64,000 nt of DNA from Candidatus Latescibacterota bacterium (GTDB taxonomy: Bacteria > Latescibacterota > Latescibacteria > Latescibacterales > Latescibacteraceae), in NCBI GenBank assembly GCA_016927495.1, contig JAFGMP010000009.1, forward strand, positions 937 through 64,936, given 5' to 3'. The notes beneath the pieces are model-generated. The model saw only the letters and a program-made list of their open reading frames with translations, did not search any database and was not told the DNA's origin. The stretch's first letter is position 1; each line of letters opens with the position of its first letter. A program made the position numbers and the translations under genes. Shown piece by piece: positions 9,987 through 20,861 of the stretch.

Positions 9987-10757
9987 ATGGACCTTGCCAC
10001 GATTATAGGGTTGGTCACAGGATTAGGGTTTGTTGTTTTCGGAATCCTTAAAGGTGGAAGCCTGTTACAATTTTATGATTTACCGTCGATTTTAATTGTA
10101 GGAGGTGGAACTATTGGGGCGACTCTGATAAATTATCCGCTTACAGAGATAATAGGAGTCATTAAAGTGGTTAAAAATGCGTTTCTCCATAAAGAAAAGT
10201 CACCTCTTGGGATTATCGAAACTCTTGTCGGTTTTGCCGAAACCGCTCGGCGCGAAGGGATACTTTCGCTTGAACAACAGGCGCAGTCTTTGGAAGATGA
10301 TTTTCTGAAAACCGGTATTAATCTGGCTGTTGACGGTACAGAACCCGAATACATCAAGGATATTATGTCGACTGAATTGGATTATATTGAAGAACGTCAC
10401 AAAGTTGGCGCGGGTATTTTTGATGCCATGGGATCATATGCTCCAGCCTTCGGAATGGTCGGGACATTAATTGGTCTGGTAAATATGCTTGCATCAATGG
10501 ATGATCCGTCGACAATTGGACCCAGTATGGCGGTTGCTCTTATTACAACTTTTTACGGAGCATTGTTGGCAAACCTGGTGTTTCTTCCAATCGCCGGGAA
10601 ACTTAAGCACAGATCTGCAGGTGAATTGCTCTTAAAGCAACTTTGTATTGAGGGAATCATGGCAATCCAGTCCGGAGACAATCCGCGGATTGTTGAAGGT
10701 AAATTGAAAGCTTTTATTGCTCCTTCTCAGAGAGCATCATCTGTATCATCGGAATAA
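9987..10757 (+). CDS. motA: Flagellar motor stator protein MotA
   Basis: 256-aa MotA/TolQ/ExbB-family 4-TM protein, immediately followed by an OmpA-like MotB. Confidence 0.9.
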   Translation: MDLATIIGLVTGLGFVVFGILKGGSLLQFYDLPSILIVGGGTIGATLINYPLTEIIGVIKVVKNAFLHKEKSPLGIIETLVGFAETARREGILSLEQQAQSLEDDFLKTGINLAVDGTEPEYIKDIMSTELDYIEERHKVGAGIFDAMGSYAPAFGMVGTLIGLVNMLASMDDPSTIGPSMAVALITTFYGALLANLVFLPIAGKLKHRSAGELLLKQLCIEGIMAIQSGDNPRIVEGKLKAFIAPSQRASSVSSE

Positions 10758-10763
10758 TGCAAG

Positions 10764-11474
10764 ATGGCAAAGAAAAAAAAAGAGCCTGAAGGTCCGAAAG
10801 GTGCTCCTGCATACATGACAACCTATGGGGACATGATGACTCTGCTGTTATGCTTTTTTGTCCTCTTGGTATCTTTTTCCACCATGGAGATCGAGAAATT
10901 CAAAGCAGCGGCGGCATCACTCAAAGGTGCGTTATCGGTTTTGCCTTATCAGGACAGAGTAATGCCGAATCCTGTACAGATGCAGCGTCCAACAAAAGGT
11001 GAAAAAAAAGAGAAAAACCGTCGGCGTTCACGTGCTGTTGTACAATTACGGAGAATAATACGAGACAGAAATCTTCAAAACATTGTAAGTGTCCGTGAAA
11101 ATGAAGGCGGAGTTCATATTACAATCGGCGATCCGGCGCTTTTTGACAGCGGTAAAACAGATATTAAGCCAGATATTCTGCCAGTTTTGAACCAGATAAC
11201 CGAGATTATTGACACCGGTAACGATTTAATCCGTGTAGAAGGCCATACCGATAATGTTCCGATACATACAGCGCAGTTCAGGGATAATTGGGATTTGTCC
11301 ATCGGCCGTGCGTTGTCTGTTATAAGATATATGAGGTCCCGGCAGGTTAACATTGATCCGAGGAGACTACGTCCTGTCGGGTGCGGTGAGTTTCATGCCA
11401 TTGCTCCAAATGATACACCGGAAGGACGGGCAATGAACCGCAGAGTTGAAATATTTATCGATTTTAATGAGTAG
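10764..11474 (+). CDS. motB: Flagellar motor stator protein MotB (OmpA-like C-terminus)
   Basis: N-terminal TM with conserved Asp (YMTTYGDMMTLLLCFF) and a C-terminal OmpA peptidoglycan-binding domain (IRVEGHTDNVPI...NRRVEI). Confidence 0.9.
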   Translation: MAKKKKEPEGPKGAPAYMTTYGDMMTLLLCFFVLLVSFSTMEIEKFKAAAASLKGALSVLPYQDRVMPNPVQMQRPTKGEKKEKNRRRSRAVVQLRRIIRDRNLQNIVSVRENEGGVHITIGDPALFDSGKTDIKPDILPVLNQITEIIDTGNDLIRVEGHTDNVPIHTAQFRDNWDLSIGRALSVIRYMRSRQVNIDPRRLRPVGCGEFHAIAPNDTPEGRAMNRRVEIFIDFNE

Positions 11475-11546
11475 CTTGGGTATCATAAGTTAGTTAAAAA
11501 CATAAAAATTATTTGTATATGATGTAACAGCTCCGGAGGTTAATCC

Positions 11547-12044
11547 ATGGCGGATGGCAAAAATAAATCTATAATAATGTATGGGGTGATTATTCTTGTC
11601 ATCCTCATTGTTGATATAGTCGGCGGTTATTTCATAGGGAAAAAAGTATTAAATTATGTTTATAATACTGAAGGATTACAGGAAAATGTAAATGGTGAGG
11701 ACACTGAAGACAAACAGGTCAAAGATGACACCGGAGTTCCTGGCACCATGATTACTCTTGAGCCGATAAATCTAAATCCTGCTAATTCCAATGGGGAAAT
11801 TTTTTCATGCGATATAGTACTTGAAGCAAAAGATGCAGTTGTTATTACGGAACTGGGTACAAGGAATGCACAGATAATGGATAAGATATCGACATATTTA
11901 TCTTTAAAAACAGTTCAGGAATTAAACGATGCGAAATTATGGGATGGTTATCGTAAAGAGATGACCGATCTTATTAATTCACTGTTATCCGGTGGTGAAA
12001 TTTCAAATATTTACATAAAACAGAAAATAATTCAGTTTGAGTAG
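11547..12044 (+). CDS. fliL: Flagellar basal body-associated protein FliL
   Basis: Single N-terminal TM and FliL-family size (165 aa). It sits before fliM with a GGAGG RBS. Confidence 0.75.
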   Translation: MADGKNKSIIMYGVIILVILIVDIVGGYFIGKKVLNYVYNTEGLQENVNGEDTEDKQVKDDTGVPGTMITLEPINLNPANSNGEIFSCDIVLEAKDAVVITELGTRNAQIMDKISTYLSLKTVQELNDAKLWDGYRKEMTDLINSLLSGGEISNIYIKQKIIQFE

Positions 12045-12057
12045 GAGGTGATATCCT

Positions 12058-13065
12058 GTGGCGGAAATTCTCTCCCAGGAAGAAATAGATGCGTTGTTAT
12101 CGGCGGTATCGTATGGAGAGGATGTTCAGGTCCAGGCTGAGCCGACAAAGACGGAAAAGTTTATTAACACTTACGATTTCCGTCATCCCGCGCGTGTCAG
12201 TAAAGATCAGTTAAGAACACTCCAAAATCTGCATGATAATTTCGCACGGCTTCTGAGCGCTACATTTTCAACACTTCAGAGAGCTATTATCGAAATCAAT
12301 CTCGTTTCGGTCGATCAGATTACCTACAGCGAGTTTATCATGAGTCTGTCGTCTCCGAGTTGTACCTATACATTCAGGATGGAACCTCTGGAAGGTGTGG
12401 CAATTATTGATTTTAGTCAGTCGGTTGTGTTTAGTTTTGTAGACAGGTTGTTTGGTGGAAGAGGTACTTCGATTATTACGGAGCGGGAAATTACCTGGAT
12501 AGAGAAAAGTGTTATGAACAATATCATCAATCGGACACTGAGAGATCTCGAACGTACATGGGAAAGGATAATACCGCTTGAATGTAATGTTGAAATGCTT
12601 GAAACAAATCCCGAATTTGTACAGGTTGTTCCTGCGTCCGAAACGGTGGTACTCATCTCGTTCGAATTGAAAAGTGAAAATGTCAGCGGACTGATCAATC
12701 TGTGTTATCCATACATAACAATTGAACCTATCGCCCTGAGGTTAGGTGGCCAGAACCTGGTGAGTTCCTCAAAAGAGGTGCCAAGGGACGAACTGGAAAA
12801 AAACCGGAAGAGAATTCAATATTTTGAATCGAAAATTAAAGCCAATCTCGGGCATACATCACTTACTATACGCGACTTACTCGATTTGAAAATTGGTGAT
12901 GTTGTAGTTTTAAATAAGCGTTTGAATGAAAATGTAGATGTATTTGTCGAGGAAGAATTAAAATTTGCGGGAAGAGCCGGTTTGAAAGGCAAATATAAAG
13001 CTGTAGAAATAATATCCCGTCTTGTCCCTGAAGGATTGGATGCGTTTGAGGGAACGGAGGACTAA
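12058..13065 (+). CDS. fliM: Flagellar motor switch protein FliM
   Basis: N-terminal CheY-binding-like motif ([10 protein letters not shown]) and a FliM middle domain plus a C-terminal SpoA-like domain. Confidence 0.9.
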   Translation: MAEILSQEEIDALLSAVSYGEDVQVQAEPTKTEKFINTYDFRHPARVSKDQLRTLQNLHDNFARLLSATFSTLQRAIIEINLVSVDQITYSEFIMSLSSPSCTYTFRMEPLEGVAIIDFSQSVVFSFVDRLFGGRGTSIITEREITWIEKSVMNNIINRTLRDLERTWERIIPLECNVEMLETNPEFVQVVPASETVVLISFELKSENVSGLINLCYPYITIEPIALRLGGQNLVSSSKEVPRDELEKNRKRIQYFESKIKANLGHTSLTIRDLLDLKIGDVVVLNKRLNENVDVFVEEELKFAGRAGLKGKYKAVEIISRLVPEGLDAFEGTED

Positions 13066-13069
13066 TAAT

Positions 13070-13723
13070 ATGGCAGCCGATGAAAATAAAAATACTGTGG
13101 AACAGGAAGAACTGGATAACAGCGAAAGCGCCGAAGAGACTGATGTCGATGAGGCAACTGAAAAGGATACGGAACCTGAAGAGGATGATCTTGAAGCTCA
13201 AATGGCTGCGGCCATGGCTGAAGATAGCGGTGATGATGCTGTTGACGACCTTGAGGCTGAGATGGCCGCAACGATGGCGCTTGAAAGTGAAGAAGATGAT
13301 GGAGATCTTGATCTTGAAGCCCAGATGGCTGCGGCTATGCAGGAAGATGATATGGACAGTATTGACGATGCCTTATCTCTGGGTGATAATCGTCGCCCGG
13401 GTAAAGATATTCCCGTGAAATCTCTTGAATTCCAGCAATTGAGGCCATCCGATGAGATTGTTGAGTCGGATAATATTGACAGGCTTTTGGACGTTTCTTT
13501 GAATATATCAGTGGAACTCGGAAGAAAACAGATGCAGATTAAAGAGATACTTGGGCTTGGCCCCGGAAAAATAATCGAGCTTGATAAACTTGCAGGTGAG
13601 CCTGTCGATCTTCTCGTGAACGGTAAACTTCTTGCTAAGGGTGAAGTTGTCGTCGTGGATGAAAACTTCGGAGTTCGTATAACCGACCTTATTAATCCCC
13701 AGGACCGAATAAAAATGCTTTGA
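13070..13723 (+). CDS. fliN: Flagellar motor switch protein FliN/FliY with N-terminal acidic tandem repeats
   Basis: C-terminal SpoA/FliN domain ([40 protein letters not shown]). GGAGG at 13052 and ATG at 13070. The N-terminus carries three LEAQMAAAM-acidic repeats. Confidence 0.85.
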   Translation: MAADENKNTVEQEELDNSESAEETDVDEATEKDTEPEEDDLEAQMAAAMAEDSGDDAVDDLEAEMAATMALESEEDDGDLDLEAQMAAAMQEDDMDSIDDALSLGDNRRPGKDIPVKSLEFQQLRPSDEIVESDNIDRLLDVSLNISVELGRKQMQIKEILGLGPGKIIELDKLAGEPVDLLVNGKLLAKGEVVVVDENFGVRITDLINPQDRIKML

Positions 13724-13857
13724 AAATAAGCTGAAATTGATAACACAATAAAAAATGAGTTGATATTATTTTAAAAAAGCTTAAACTTATTGGTAAAATC
13801 GTTACGAATATTTTCGTATGAACGCTTGCTTTTTTTGTTAACATTTCAGATTTTATT

Positions 13858-14409
13858 GTGCATAGTTTATTCGGCAATCGAATCCAATCGATCCCTCAAA
13901 GTGAGAAGATATCAGTGTTGAACAATCTGGTTCGTCAGGTATACGCGAATTTATTTTCAGTGATATCTGCAACAGCGGAAACAGGGGATAGTACGGCTTT
14001 TTTATTGTCGGATACAACACGGTCAAGTGTCAACCTGTTTATACAAACCTTGCAGGTTATTGTTGCGCTTGGTGTTACAGTTGTTCTTCTTATTTGTGCC
14101 CTCTGGATTTTTAAAAGAGTAATAAACCTCAGGAATGTGACCGGTATTGCGGGAAGTTCAATGCGGGTTCTTGAAATACGGCATATTGATCCCAAAAAAT
14201 CAATTATTCTGGTTAAAGTCCTTGACAGGGTATTGATAATCGGTTGTACCGAAAATTCAATAACCGGTCTCGGGGAACTGTCTTCGGATGAGATAAGCAG
14301 ATTAAACATTACAGAACATGCGGAAATAAAAGTCTTTGATGCTATTCTTTCACGGATTACAGGTAAAGCGGGTACAAATTCGCCTGACGGGAACATTAAA
14401 AACAGATAA
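13858..14409 (+). CDS. fliO: Flagellar biosynthesis protein FliO/FliZ-like (start codon uncertain, non-ATG)
   Basis: Single TM (VIVALGVTVVLLICALWIF) and a position between fliN and fliP. There is no in-frame ATG before the TM, so the start is GTG at 13858, or GTG/TTG near 13915. Confidence 0.5.
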   Translation: MHSLFGNRIQSIPQSEKISVLNNLVRQVYANLFSVISATAETGDSTAFLLSDTTRSSVNLFIQTLQVIVALGVTVVLLICALWIFKRVINLRNVTGIAGSSMRVLEIRHIDPKKSIILVKVLDRVLIIGCTENSITGLGELSSDEISRLNITEHAEIKVFDAILSRITGKAGTNSPDGNIKNR

Positions 14410-14451
14410 CTTTCGGTGTTGATTTTAAGTGCTTCGTGGGAACGGAGGAAC

Positions 14452-15201
14452 ATGATACATAGAGTCATTTTTTTGTGTATGGTGTGTCTTTTTATGGTAC
14501 TTGTACCGGAGTATGTTATTGCCCAGCAGCTCCCGGGCATCAATATCAATGTGGGAACAAGCGAATCACCCGAAGATGTAGCTGTCACCATACAGATTAT
14601 ACTGCTCATCACCCTGCTGAGTTTAGCTCCGGCTTTACTTATTCTGCTTACTTCGTTCACAAGGATTATTATTGTATTATCTCTTCTCCGACATGCATTA
14701 AGTACACAACAGATGCCTCCGAACCAGGTACTGATAGGACTTGCACTGTTTTTGACCTTTTTCATTATGATGCCGGTTTTCAATGAAATCAATGACCAGG
14801 CCATTCAACCATACCTTAACAAGGAAATCGGTCAGCGTGAGGCATTCGAACGGGCTGTAGGTCCTCTCAGGATATTTATGTTTAAACAAACCCGCCAGAA
14901 AGATATAGCGCTCTTTCTGCGTGCAGGAGACTATGCCCAACCGGCGACACGGGACGATGTTCCCACAATGGTGCTTATTCCCGCTTTTATAATTTCGGAA
15001 CTGCGAACAGCTTTTCAGATGGGATTTTTGCTGTTTATACCGTTTTTGATTATTGATATGGTGGTTGCAAGCGTGCTCATGAGTATGGGCATGTTGATGC
15101 TTCCTCCAATTATGGTTTCACTGCCGTTCAAAATACTGCTTTTTGTGCTTGTGGACGGCTGGAATCTCATAGTACAATCATTAGTGACAAGTTTTCGGTA
15201 A
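14452..15201 (+). CDS. fliP: Flagellar export apparatus protein FliP
   Basis: FliP signature ([56 protein letters not shown]). GGAGG RBS before the ATG at 14452. Confidence 0.9.
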   Translation: MIHRVIFLCMVCLFMVLVPEYVIAQQLPGININVGTSESPEDVAVTIQIILLITLLSLAPALLILLTSFTRIIIVLSLLRHALSTQQMPPNQVLIGLALFLTFFIMMPVFNEINDQAIQPYLNKEIGQREAFERAVGPLRIFMFKQTRQKDIALFLRAGDYAQPATRDDVPTMVLIPAFIISELRTAFQMGFLLFIPFLIIDMVVASVLMSMGMLMLPPIMVSLPFKILLFVLVDGWNLIVQSLVTSFR

Positions 15202-15218
15202 GGTAAAAGGATAGGTAT

Positions 15219-15488
15219 ATGACTCCTGACCAGGCTGTACAGATTGCCCGTGAGGCGATGATAGTTACGTTGCTCCTTTCTGCTCCCATGCTCGGATTCG
15301 GGCTTGTAGTAGGTTTGATAGTTAGTATCTTTCAGGCGGTTACCCAGATTAACGAAATGACACTTACATTTATTCCGAAGATAATAGCGGTTGCTTTGGC
15401 GCTTGCAATTTTTCTTCCCTGGCTTATTCAGACGATTGTTGATTTCACGACGAATTTGTTTCAATCCCTGCCAAATATGACGATGTGA
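15219..15488 (+). CDS. fliQ: Flagellar export apparatus protein FliQ
   Basis: 89-aa two-TM protein with a FliQ-like N-terminus (MTPDQAVQIAREAMIVTLLLSAPMLG). Confidence 0.9.
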   Translation: MTPDQAVQIAREAMIVTLLLSAPMLGFGLVVGLIVSIFQAVTQINEMTLTFIPKIIAVALALAIFLPWLIQTIVDFTTNLFQSLPNMTM

Positions 15489-15498
15489 AAGTCTTATC

Positions 15499-16281
15499 AT
15501 GGATATTTTCAGTATAACGCTTACCGATATATATCATATTTTACTCGTGATGTTCAGAACCGGTGCCCTTCTCATGACGGTACCGTTATTTGGTCATGTC
15601 TCAATTCCGCGGATTTTACGGGTTTGGATTGTACTTATACTCGGTTTCATAATTTATCCTTCGACAGTTCTCAGCGCAGTTCAACCGCCGCCGACTATCG
15701 TGCATTTTACCCTTGCAATCGGAGGTGAAATAGCAATTGGCCTGTTGATAGGATTTGCAGTGATAATCGTATTTTCGGGTGTTCAGTTTGCCGGTCAGCT
15801 AGTGGGTTTGCAGATGGGTCTTGCAGTCGCAAACATCAGTGACCCCCTGGGATCCGGACAGATATCGATCGTCAGCGAGTTTTATTACCTGTTGAGCCTT
15901 CTTATCCTGATAACCATTAACGGGCATCATTTTATTATCGAAGCGCTCATCAAGTGTTTTGATCTTGTACCTGTGGGGGGGGCCGTATTCAAACCCTCGC
16001 TTGCCGAATACTACATTAATCTGAGCAGCATGGTATTTGTGGTTGCGGTCAAGCTTGCGGCGCCTGTCATTATTACCCTATTCATCATCAATGCCGTCCT
16101 TGGTATTATTGCGCGGACAGTTCCGCAGATGAATGTATTTATAGTTGGCTTTCCACTCGCTATCGGTGTGGGATTGGCCATGATCGGTTTGACACTTCCA
16201 GTCTTTTATACCATCATTGAAAAAGTCTTTTATGGGCTTCGAATCAATATTACCGAAATAATAATGATGCTTCGCGGTTGA
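15499..16281 (+). CDS. fliR: Flagellar export apparatus protein FliR
   Basis: 260-aa polytopic membrane protein in the conserved fliP-fliQ-fliR order. Confidence 0.85.
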   Translation: MDIFSITLTDIYHILLVMFRTGALLMTVPLFGHVSIPRILRVWIVLILGFIIYPSTVLSAVQPPPTIVHFTLAIGGEIAIGLLIGFAVIIVFSGVQFAGQLVGLQMGLAVANISDPLGSGQISIVSEFYYLLSLLILITINGHHFIIEALIKCFDLVPVGGAVFKPSLAEYYINLSSMVFVVAVKLAAPVIITLFIINAVLGIIARTVPQMNVFIVGFPLAIGVGLAMIGLTLPVFYTIIEKVFYGLRINITEIIMMLRG

Positions 16282-16420
16282 AATCCTTCCTTAACTTAAT
16301 GTATACCGTTGATTTTAGTTGAAAAATTTTCATATCCGGTATATATTTGAGTTAATCATGAATTATGAATTATTGTATTGATTTTTGATTGATTTTCGTA
16401 CCCCGGGGAGATGAGAGTAT

Positions 16421-17488
16421 ATGCCCGACGATACCGGTCAGGAAAAGACAGAACAGGCAACGCAAAAACGCCGTCAGGAAACACGTCGTAAGGGGCAGGT
16501 AGCCCGCTCTGCCGAAGTTAATTCAGCAGTAATGCTTCTTGCCGGTTTTAGTGTAATTTTGATCTTCAGACAGCATATTTTGATGGGTTTTGAGGGATTT
16601 TTCAACGGTATATTCTCACAGTTGAATGTGTATGACCTGAATATCAACAATACAAACGGGATTCTTCTCCGGACGTTATCTTCATTCTTTTCGATATTAT
16701 TTCCGATTTTTATAGTTATGGCGTTAGTGGGAATACTGGTTAACATTTTACAGGTCGGATTTCTGTTCACTGCAGAACCGATTACCCCGAAATTGGAAAA
16801 GATCAATCCTGTCGAGGGATTAAAACGAATCTTCTCACGAAGGTCTTTGGAAACTCTCATACGGGATATAATAAAAATTGTAATTGTTTTATGGATAGGA
16901 TTATCAGCTATCAAAGGGATTATGAATAATATCATGACGGCTGCGGATTCCGGTGTGGGTGATATTTTTGCCTTTACCGGGAACGCTGTTTTTTCCATCG
17001 CTATGAAAATTCTTATCGGATATTTTGTAATTGCAGCGCTGGATTATGCTTTTCAACGCTGGGATTACGAACGTTCCATGATGATGACCAGGCAGGAAAT
17101 TCGGGAGGAGATGAAACAGACCGAGGGTGATCCCCTGCTCAGGGCCCGTGTACGGTCAGTTCAACGTGAACTTTCACGACGTCGTATGATGGAGGCTGTT
17201 CCCAAGGCTGAGGTTGTGATCACAAACCCAACCCATATTGCAGTCGCTCTGTCCTACGGCGCCGGTATGACAGCTCCGGTTGTCGTGGCAAAAGGGAAAA
17301 ACCTGATAGCGGAGAAGATACGTTCCGTAGCAGAAGAAGCCGGTGTTCCGATTGTGGAAAACATATTGCTTGCGCAATCGCTGTATAAAGCTGTCGATAT
17401 AGGTAACCCTATTCCGGCAGAATTATATACCGCAGTTGCCGAGGTTCTTGCATATGTCTATCGCATATCAGGAAAAAAGGTGGTATAA
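16421..17488 (+). CDS. flhB: Flagellar export switch protein FlhB
   Basis: NPTH autocleavage motif (VVITNPTHIAVALSY) and FlhB N-terminus (KTEQATQKRRQETRRKGQVARS). Confidence 0.9.
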   Translation: MPDDTGQEKTEQATQKRRQETRRKGQVARSAEVNSAVMLLAGFSVILIFRQHILMGFEGFFNGIFSQLNVYDLNINNTNGILLRTLSSFFSILFPIFIVMALVGILVNILQVGFLFTAEPITPKLEKINPVEGLKRIFSRRSLETLIRDIIKIVIVLWIGLSAIKGIMNNIMTAADSGVGDIFAFTGNAVFSIAMKILIGYFVIAALDYAFQRWDYERSMMMTRQEIREEMKQTEGDPLLRARVRSVQRELSRRRMMEAVPKAEVVITNPTHIAVALSYGAGMTAPVVVAKGKNLIAEKIRSVAEEAGVPIVENILLAQSLYKAVDIGNPIPAELYTAVAEVLAYVYRISGKKVV

Positions 17489-17650
17489 TATTCAATGAAA
17501 TGCTATATTTACATGGAATATTCATAATAGAAACCGAAGTCTATTCAGTGTAACAGGGAACAACCGGAAATTGAATTTGTTATTGCAATAAATTCATAGT
17601 GCCATAACGATTCTCTCTATACAAAAATCTATTATCAGGGGAAAATTACA

Positions 17651-19711
17651 TTGGCGGAAGCAGCTCTGGAGAACAGACGGGCGGTTCATTTTTCCGATGC
17701 CATACTTGCCGTTCTGGTAATTTCGATTCTCGGAGTAATTATACTTCCCGTTCCTCCGGCATTATTGGATATTTTAATCAGTTTCAACATTGTTTTCTCC
17801 ATAATAATCCTCCTTGTAACCATGTATATTACCCGTCCGCTCGAGTTATCCGTTTTTCCGGGTCTTCTTCTCATTGCGACGGTGTTCCGGCTCGCTCTAA
17901 ATGTAGCCAGTACACGTATTATACTCGCTACAGCAACTGCCGGGACTGTTATTCCGGCATTTGGCACCTTTGTTGTACAAAGTAATTATGTAGTCGGATT
18001 CATCATTTTTGTCATCATTATTGTCATTCAGTTCGTCGTTATCACACGTGGAGCCAGCCGTATTGCAGAAGTTGCGGCACGTTTTACACTCGATGCGATG
18101 CCGGGGAAACAGATGGCGATAGATGCCGATTTAAATGCCGGACTGGTGAATGAGGATGAAGCGCGCAGACGGCGCTCGGAAATCAGCCGTGAGGCCGATT
18201 TTTACGGCGCTATGGATGGCGCTTCCAAATTCGTGCGTGGTGATGTTATTGCCGGTTTGATAATCACGGCGATCAACATCATAGGAGGTTTTATTATCGG
18301 CAGATTTCAGCAGGGAATGGGGTGGATGGAATCACTTCAAACTTACACCATGCTTACGGTAGGTGATGGCCTGGTAACTCAGATTCCGGCTCTTTTCATG
18401 TCGACTGCAGCGGGTATGCTGGTTACTCGTGCCACATCGGAGTCAAACCTCGGGCAGGATCTCCGTGACCAGATATCGAAAAAACCGATAGCTATTATGA
18501 TATCGGCTGTAATGATTGCTGCATTCGGTATTATACCCGGTCTGCCTACAAAACCGTTTTTACTTCTCGCTGTTGCCACCGGAGGATATGCCGCTTTTCT
18601 GCTCAGAAAAAGCGCTGAGGAAGATCGTATTCGGATTGAAAAAGAAGCAAAGCCTCCGGAAGAACCTCCTGAACGTATCGAGGATTATCTGTCTGTCGAT
18701 CTTCTTGGAATAGAAATCGGTTACGGGCTTATACCTATTGTCGATGAGAAACAGGGCGGTGATTTTCTCGATCGTGTAACTACATTGAGACGGCAGATTG
18801 CGCAGGATATGGGTATTATTGTGCCCCCGGTCAGGATACGTGACAATATTAAGCTCAATTCAAATGATTATATCATTCTTATCAGGGGTAACATCGTTAC
18901 AAAAGGTAAACTTGAACCTAACATGTTTCTTGCGATGAATCCGGGCTTTATCGAGGAAGAGATTGATGGAATAGATACTATTGAGCCTGCATTCGGGCTG
19001 AGCGCCAAATGGATTTCCGCGCAGAATCGTGAAAAAGCCGAACTGAGCGGATATACAGTTGTCGAGTCATCGAGTGTTCTTGCCACGCACCTGTCCGAAA
19101 CGATCAAGAAAAGCGCACATGAAATTATTTCCCGACAGGATGTGAAAACTCTGGTAGATAACATAAAACATGATTACCCTGTTCTAATAGATGATCTGAT
19201 TCCCCAGTCCTTGAATCTTGGAACGCTTCAGAAAATTCTACAGCATCTTCTTAAGGAACGGATTCCGATACGAGATCTTGTTACTATCCTTGAAGCAATC
19301 GGAGATTATGCGGCAACAACGAAAGATGCAAATACTCTTGGTGAATTTGCGCGAGCGGCTCTTTACAGAACCATTACAAAAATGTATATTGATGATAGCG
19401 GCAAACTGACGGTGTTTACCATTGCGCCCAAAGTCGAACGTTTGATTCTGGAAAATATGAAGACAACGCCGCAGGGTATAATGGTAAATATACCGCCTGA
19501 TGTCAGTGAAAAAATATTACACAGCACGAACAAATTGATAGATCAGATGGTTAAGAATGATCAGCAGCCGGTTGCATTGACTTCATCCAGTATCAGGCTG
19601 GCGTTCAAGACTATAACTGAAATCAGTTTCCCGAATCTCGGTGTTGTATCATACAACGAGGTTGCACCTGAAGTCGAAATTTATTCTGTCGGAATGGTGA
19701 AAATAGACTGA
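17651..19711 (+). CDS. flhA: Flagellar export apparatus protein FlhA
   Basis: 686-aa protein with an FHIPEP motif region (MPGKQMAIDADLNAGLV) and TTG start. It overlaps the flhF start by 1 nt. Confidence 0.9.
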   Translation: MAEAALENRRAVHFSDAILAVLVISILGVIILPVPPALLDILISFNIVFSIIILLVTMYITRPLELSVFPGLLLIATVFRLALNVASTRIILATATAGTVIPAFGTFVVQSNYVVGFIIFVIIIVIQFVVITRGASRIAEVAARFTLDAMPGKQMAIDADLNAGLVNEDEARRRRSEISREADFYGAMDGASKFVRGDVIAGLIITAINIIGGFIIGRFQQGMGWMESLQTYTMLTVGDGLVTQIPALFMSTAAGMLVTRATSESNLGQDLRDQISKKPIAIMISAVMIAAFGIIPGLPTKPFLLLAVATGGYAAFLLRKSAEEDRIRIEKEAKPPEEPPERIEDYLSVDLLGIEIGYGLIPIVDEKQGGDFLDRVTTLRRQIAQDMGIIVPPVRIRDNIKLNSNDYIILIRGNIVTKGKLEPNMFLAMNPGFIEEEIDGIDTIEPAFGLSAKWISAQNREKAELSGYTVVESSSVLATHLSETIKKSAHEIISRQDVKTLVDNIKHDYPVLIDDLIPQSLNLGTLQKILQHLLKERIPIRDLVTILEAIGDYAATTKDANTLGEFARAALYRTITKMYIDDSGKLTVFTIAPKVERLILENMKTTPQGIMVNIPPDVSEKILHSTNKLIDQMVKNDQQPVALTSSSIRLAFKTITEISFPNLGVVSYNEVAPEVEIYSVGMVKID

Positions 19712-20820
19712 TGATAATTAAAAAATACACTGCACCAACTCTTGCCCAGGCGCTATCGAATGTTCGTGAGGAACTGGGTACGGATGCGATAATTCTTAAT
19801 ACACGAAATGTTAAAAAGGGTGGTGTTTTGCATCTGCTCGGCAGTTCCGTTTATGAAGTAACTGCTGCGATCGATGATAAACCAACAGGTGAAAGTACTA
19901 TGGATTTACAAACGGGTGCGAGAGATTTGAGTTACCGTGTTCAGGTAGATTATCTAATCGATGATATTAAAGAACTCAAAATGTCGATCAGGGATCTTGC
20001 CGATTCTGCCCTTACAGGTGAAATGGATGGATTGCCGGTACAGCTTGCAGCTTTATTAAAACGGCTTCAGGATACCGGAATGGATGAGAAAATCGCCAAA
20101 AGACTGACACGGCAACTCCTTAACGAACTGGATGGCCGTGAACTAAGCGATCCAAAAATAATCGGCAAACGGGCCACAGAAATTCTTCTTGCAGGCATGG
20201 GAGATGTAAAACCGATTCCTTCCGGCGGTACAAAACCGCGGATTATTGCTTTCGTTGGTCCTACAGGTTCCGGGAAAACAACAACCATAGCCAAGCTTGC
20301 CACCGAAATATCTCTCAATATGGATAAAAAAGTGGCAGTGCTCAATATCGATACAAAACGGGTTGATGCGGTAGGACAACTGAAGGCATATTGCAGAATA
20401 ATTAACATTCCGCTTTATGTAGCATACAGTCCGGATGAAATTCCCGGAATTATGCCGGGAATAATGGAAAACGATATTACGCTTGTGGATACTCCGGGCG
20501 CCGGACCGATGGACAGAACGCAAATGATTGAAATGGTGGAATTCCTCCATAAGCTTGTGCCGCAGGAGGTTCATCTTACCCTGAGCGTTACGACGTCTTT
20601 TATGGAAATGAAACGTATTTTTAATAATTTCGGCGTTATGAAACCAAACCGTATTTTATTTACGAAACTCGATGAGACAGATAGTTACGGCACAATGATT
20701 TCATTTGCGCTGGTGGCAAAAGAGAAATTGTCCTATGTGACATTCGGTCAGAATGTGCCGGGGGATTTTGATATTGCAAATCCGGGAAAAATCATAAGAG
20801 ATACCCTGGCGCTTAAATAA
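19711..20820 (+). CDS. flhF: Flagellar biosynthesis GTPase FlhF (SRP-like)
   Basis: SRP54-type GTPase motifs (IIAFVGPTGSGKTTTIAKLA, DTPG). Confidence 0.85.
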   Translation: MIIKKYTAPTLAQALSNVREELGTDAIILNTRNVKKGGVLHLLGSSVYEVTAAIDDKPTGESTMDLQTGARDLSYRVQVDYLIDDIKELKMSIRDLADSALTGEMDGLPVQLAALLKRLQDTGMDEKIAKRLTRQLLNELDGRELSDPKIIGKRATEILLAGMGDVKPIPSGGTKPRIIAFVGPTGSGKTTTIAKLATEISLNMDKKVAVLNIDTKRVDAVGQLKAYCRIINIPLYVAYSPDEIPGIMPGIMENDITLVDTPGAGPMDRTQMIEMVEFLHKLVPQEVHLTLSVTTSFMEMKRIFNNFGVMKPNRILFTKLDETDSYGTMISFALVAKEKLSYVTFGQNVPGDFDIANPGKIIRDTLALK

Positions 20821-20861
20821 CGGTTATAAATGGTTAAAGCCTAATAAATACAGGTAATTAT

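Noticed and set aside
13198-13746. 182-aa minus-strand ORF rich in Ser/Ala overlapping fliN
   Set aside because: It is the antisense reading of the acidic LEAQMAAAM repeats and the FliN SpoA domain. It is low complexity with no RBS or homology, so it is spurious.
13935-14804. 289-aa minus-strand ORF antisense to fliO/fliP
   Set aside because: It lies fully inside two strongly supported + strand flagellar genes. It has no domain signature and is an ORF-finder artefact.
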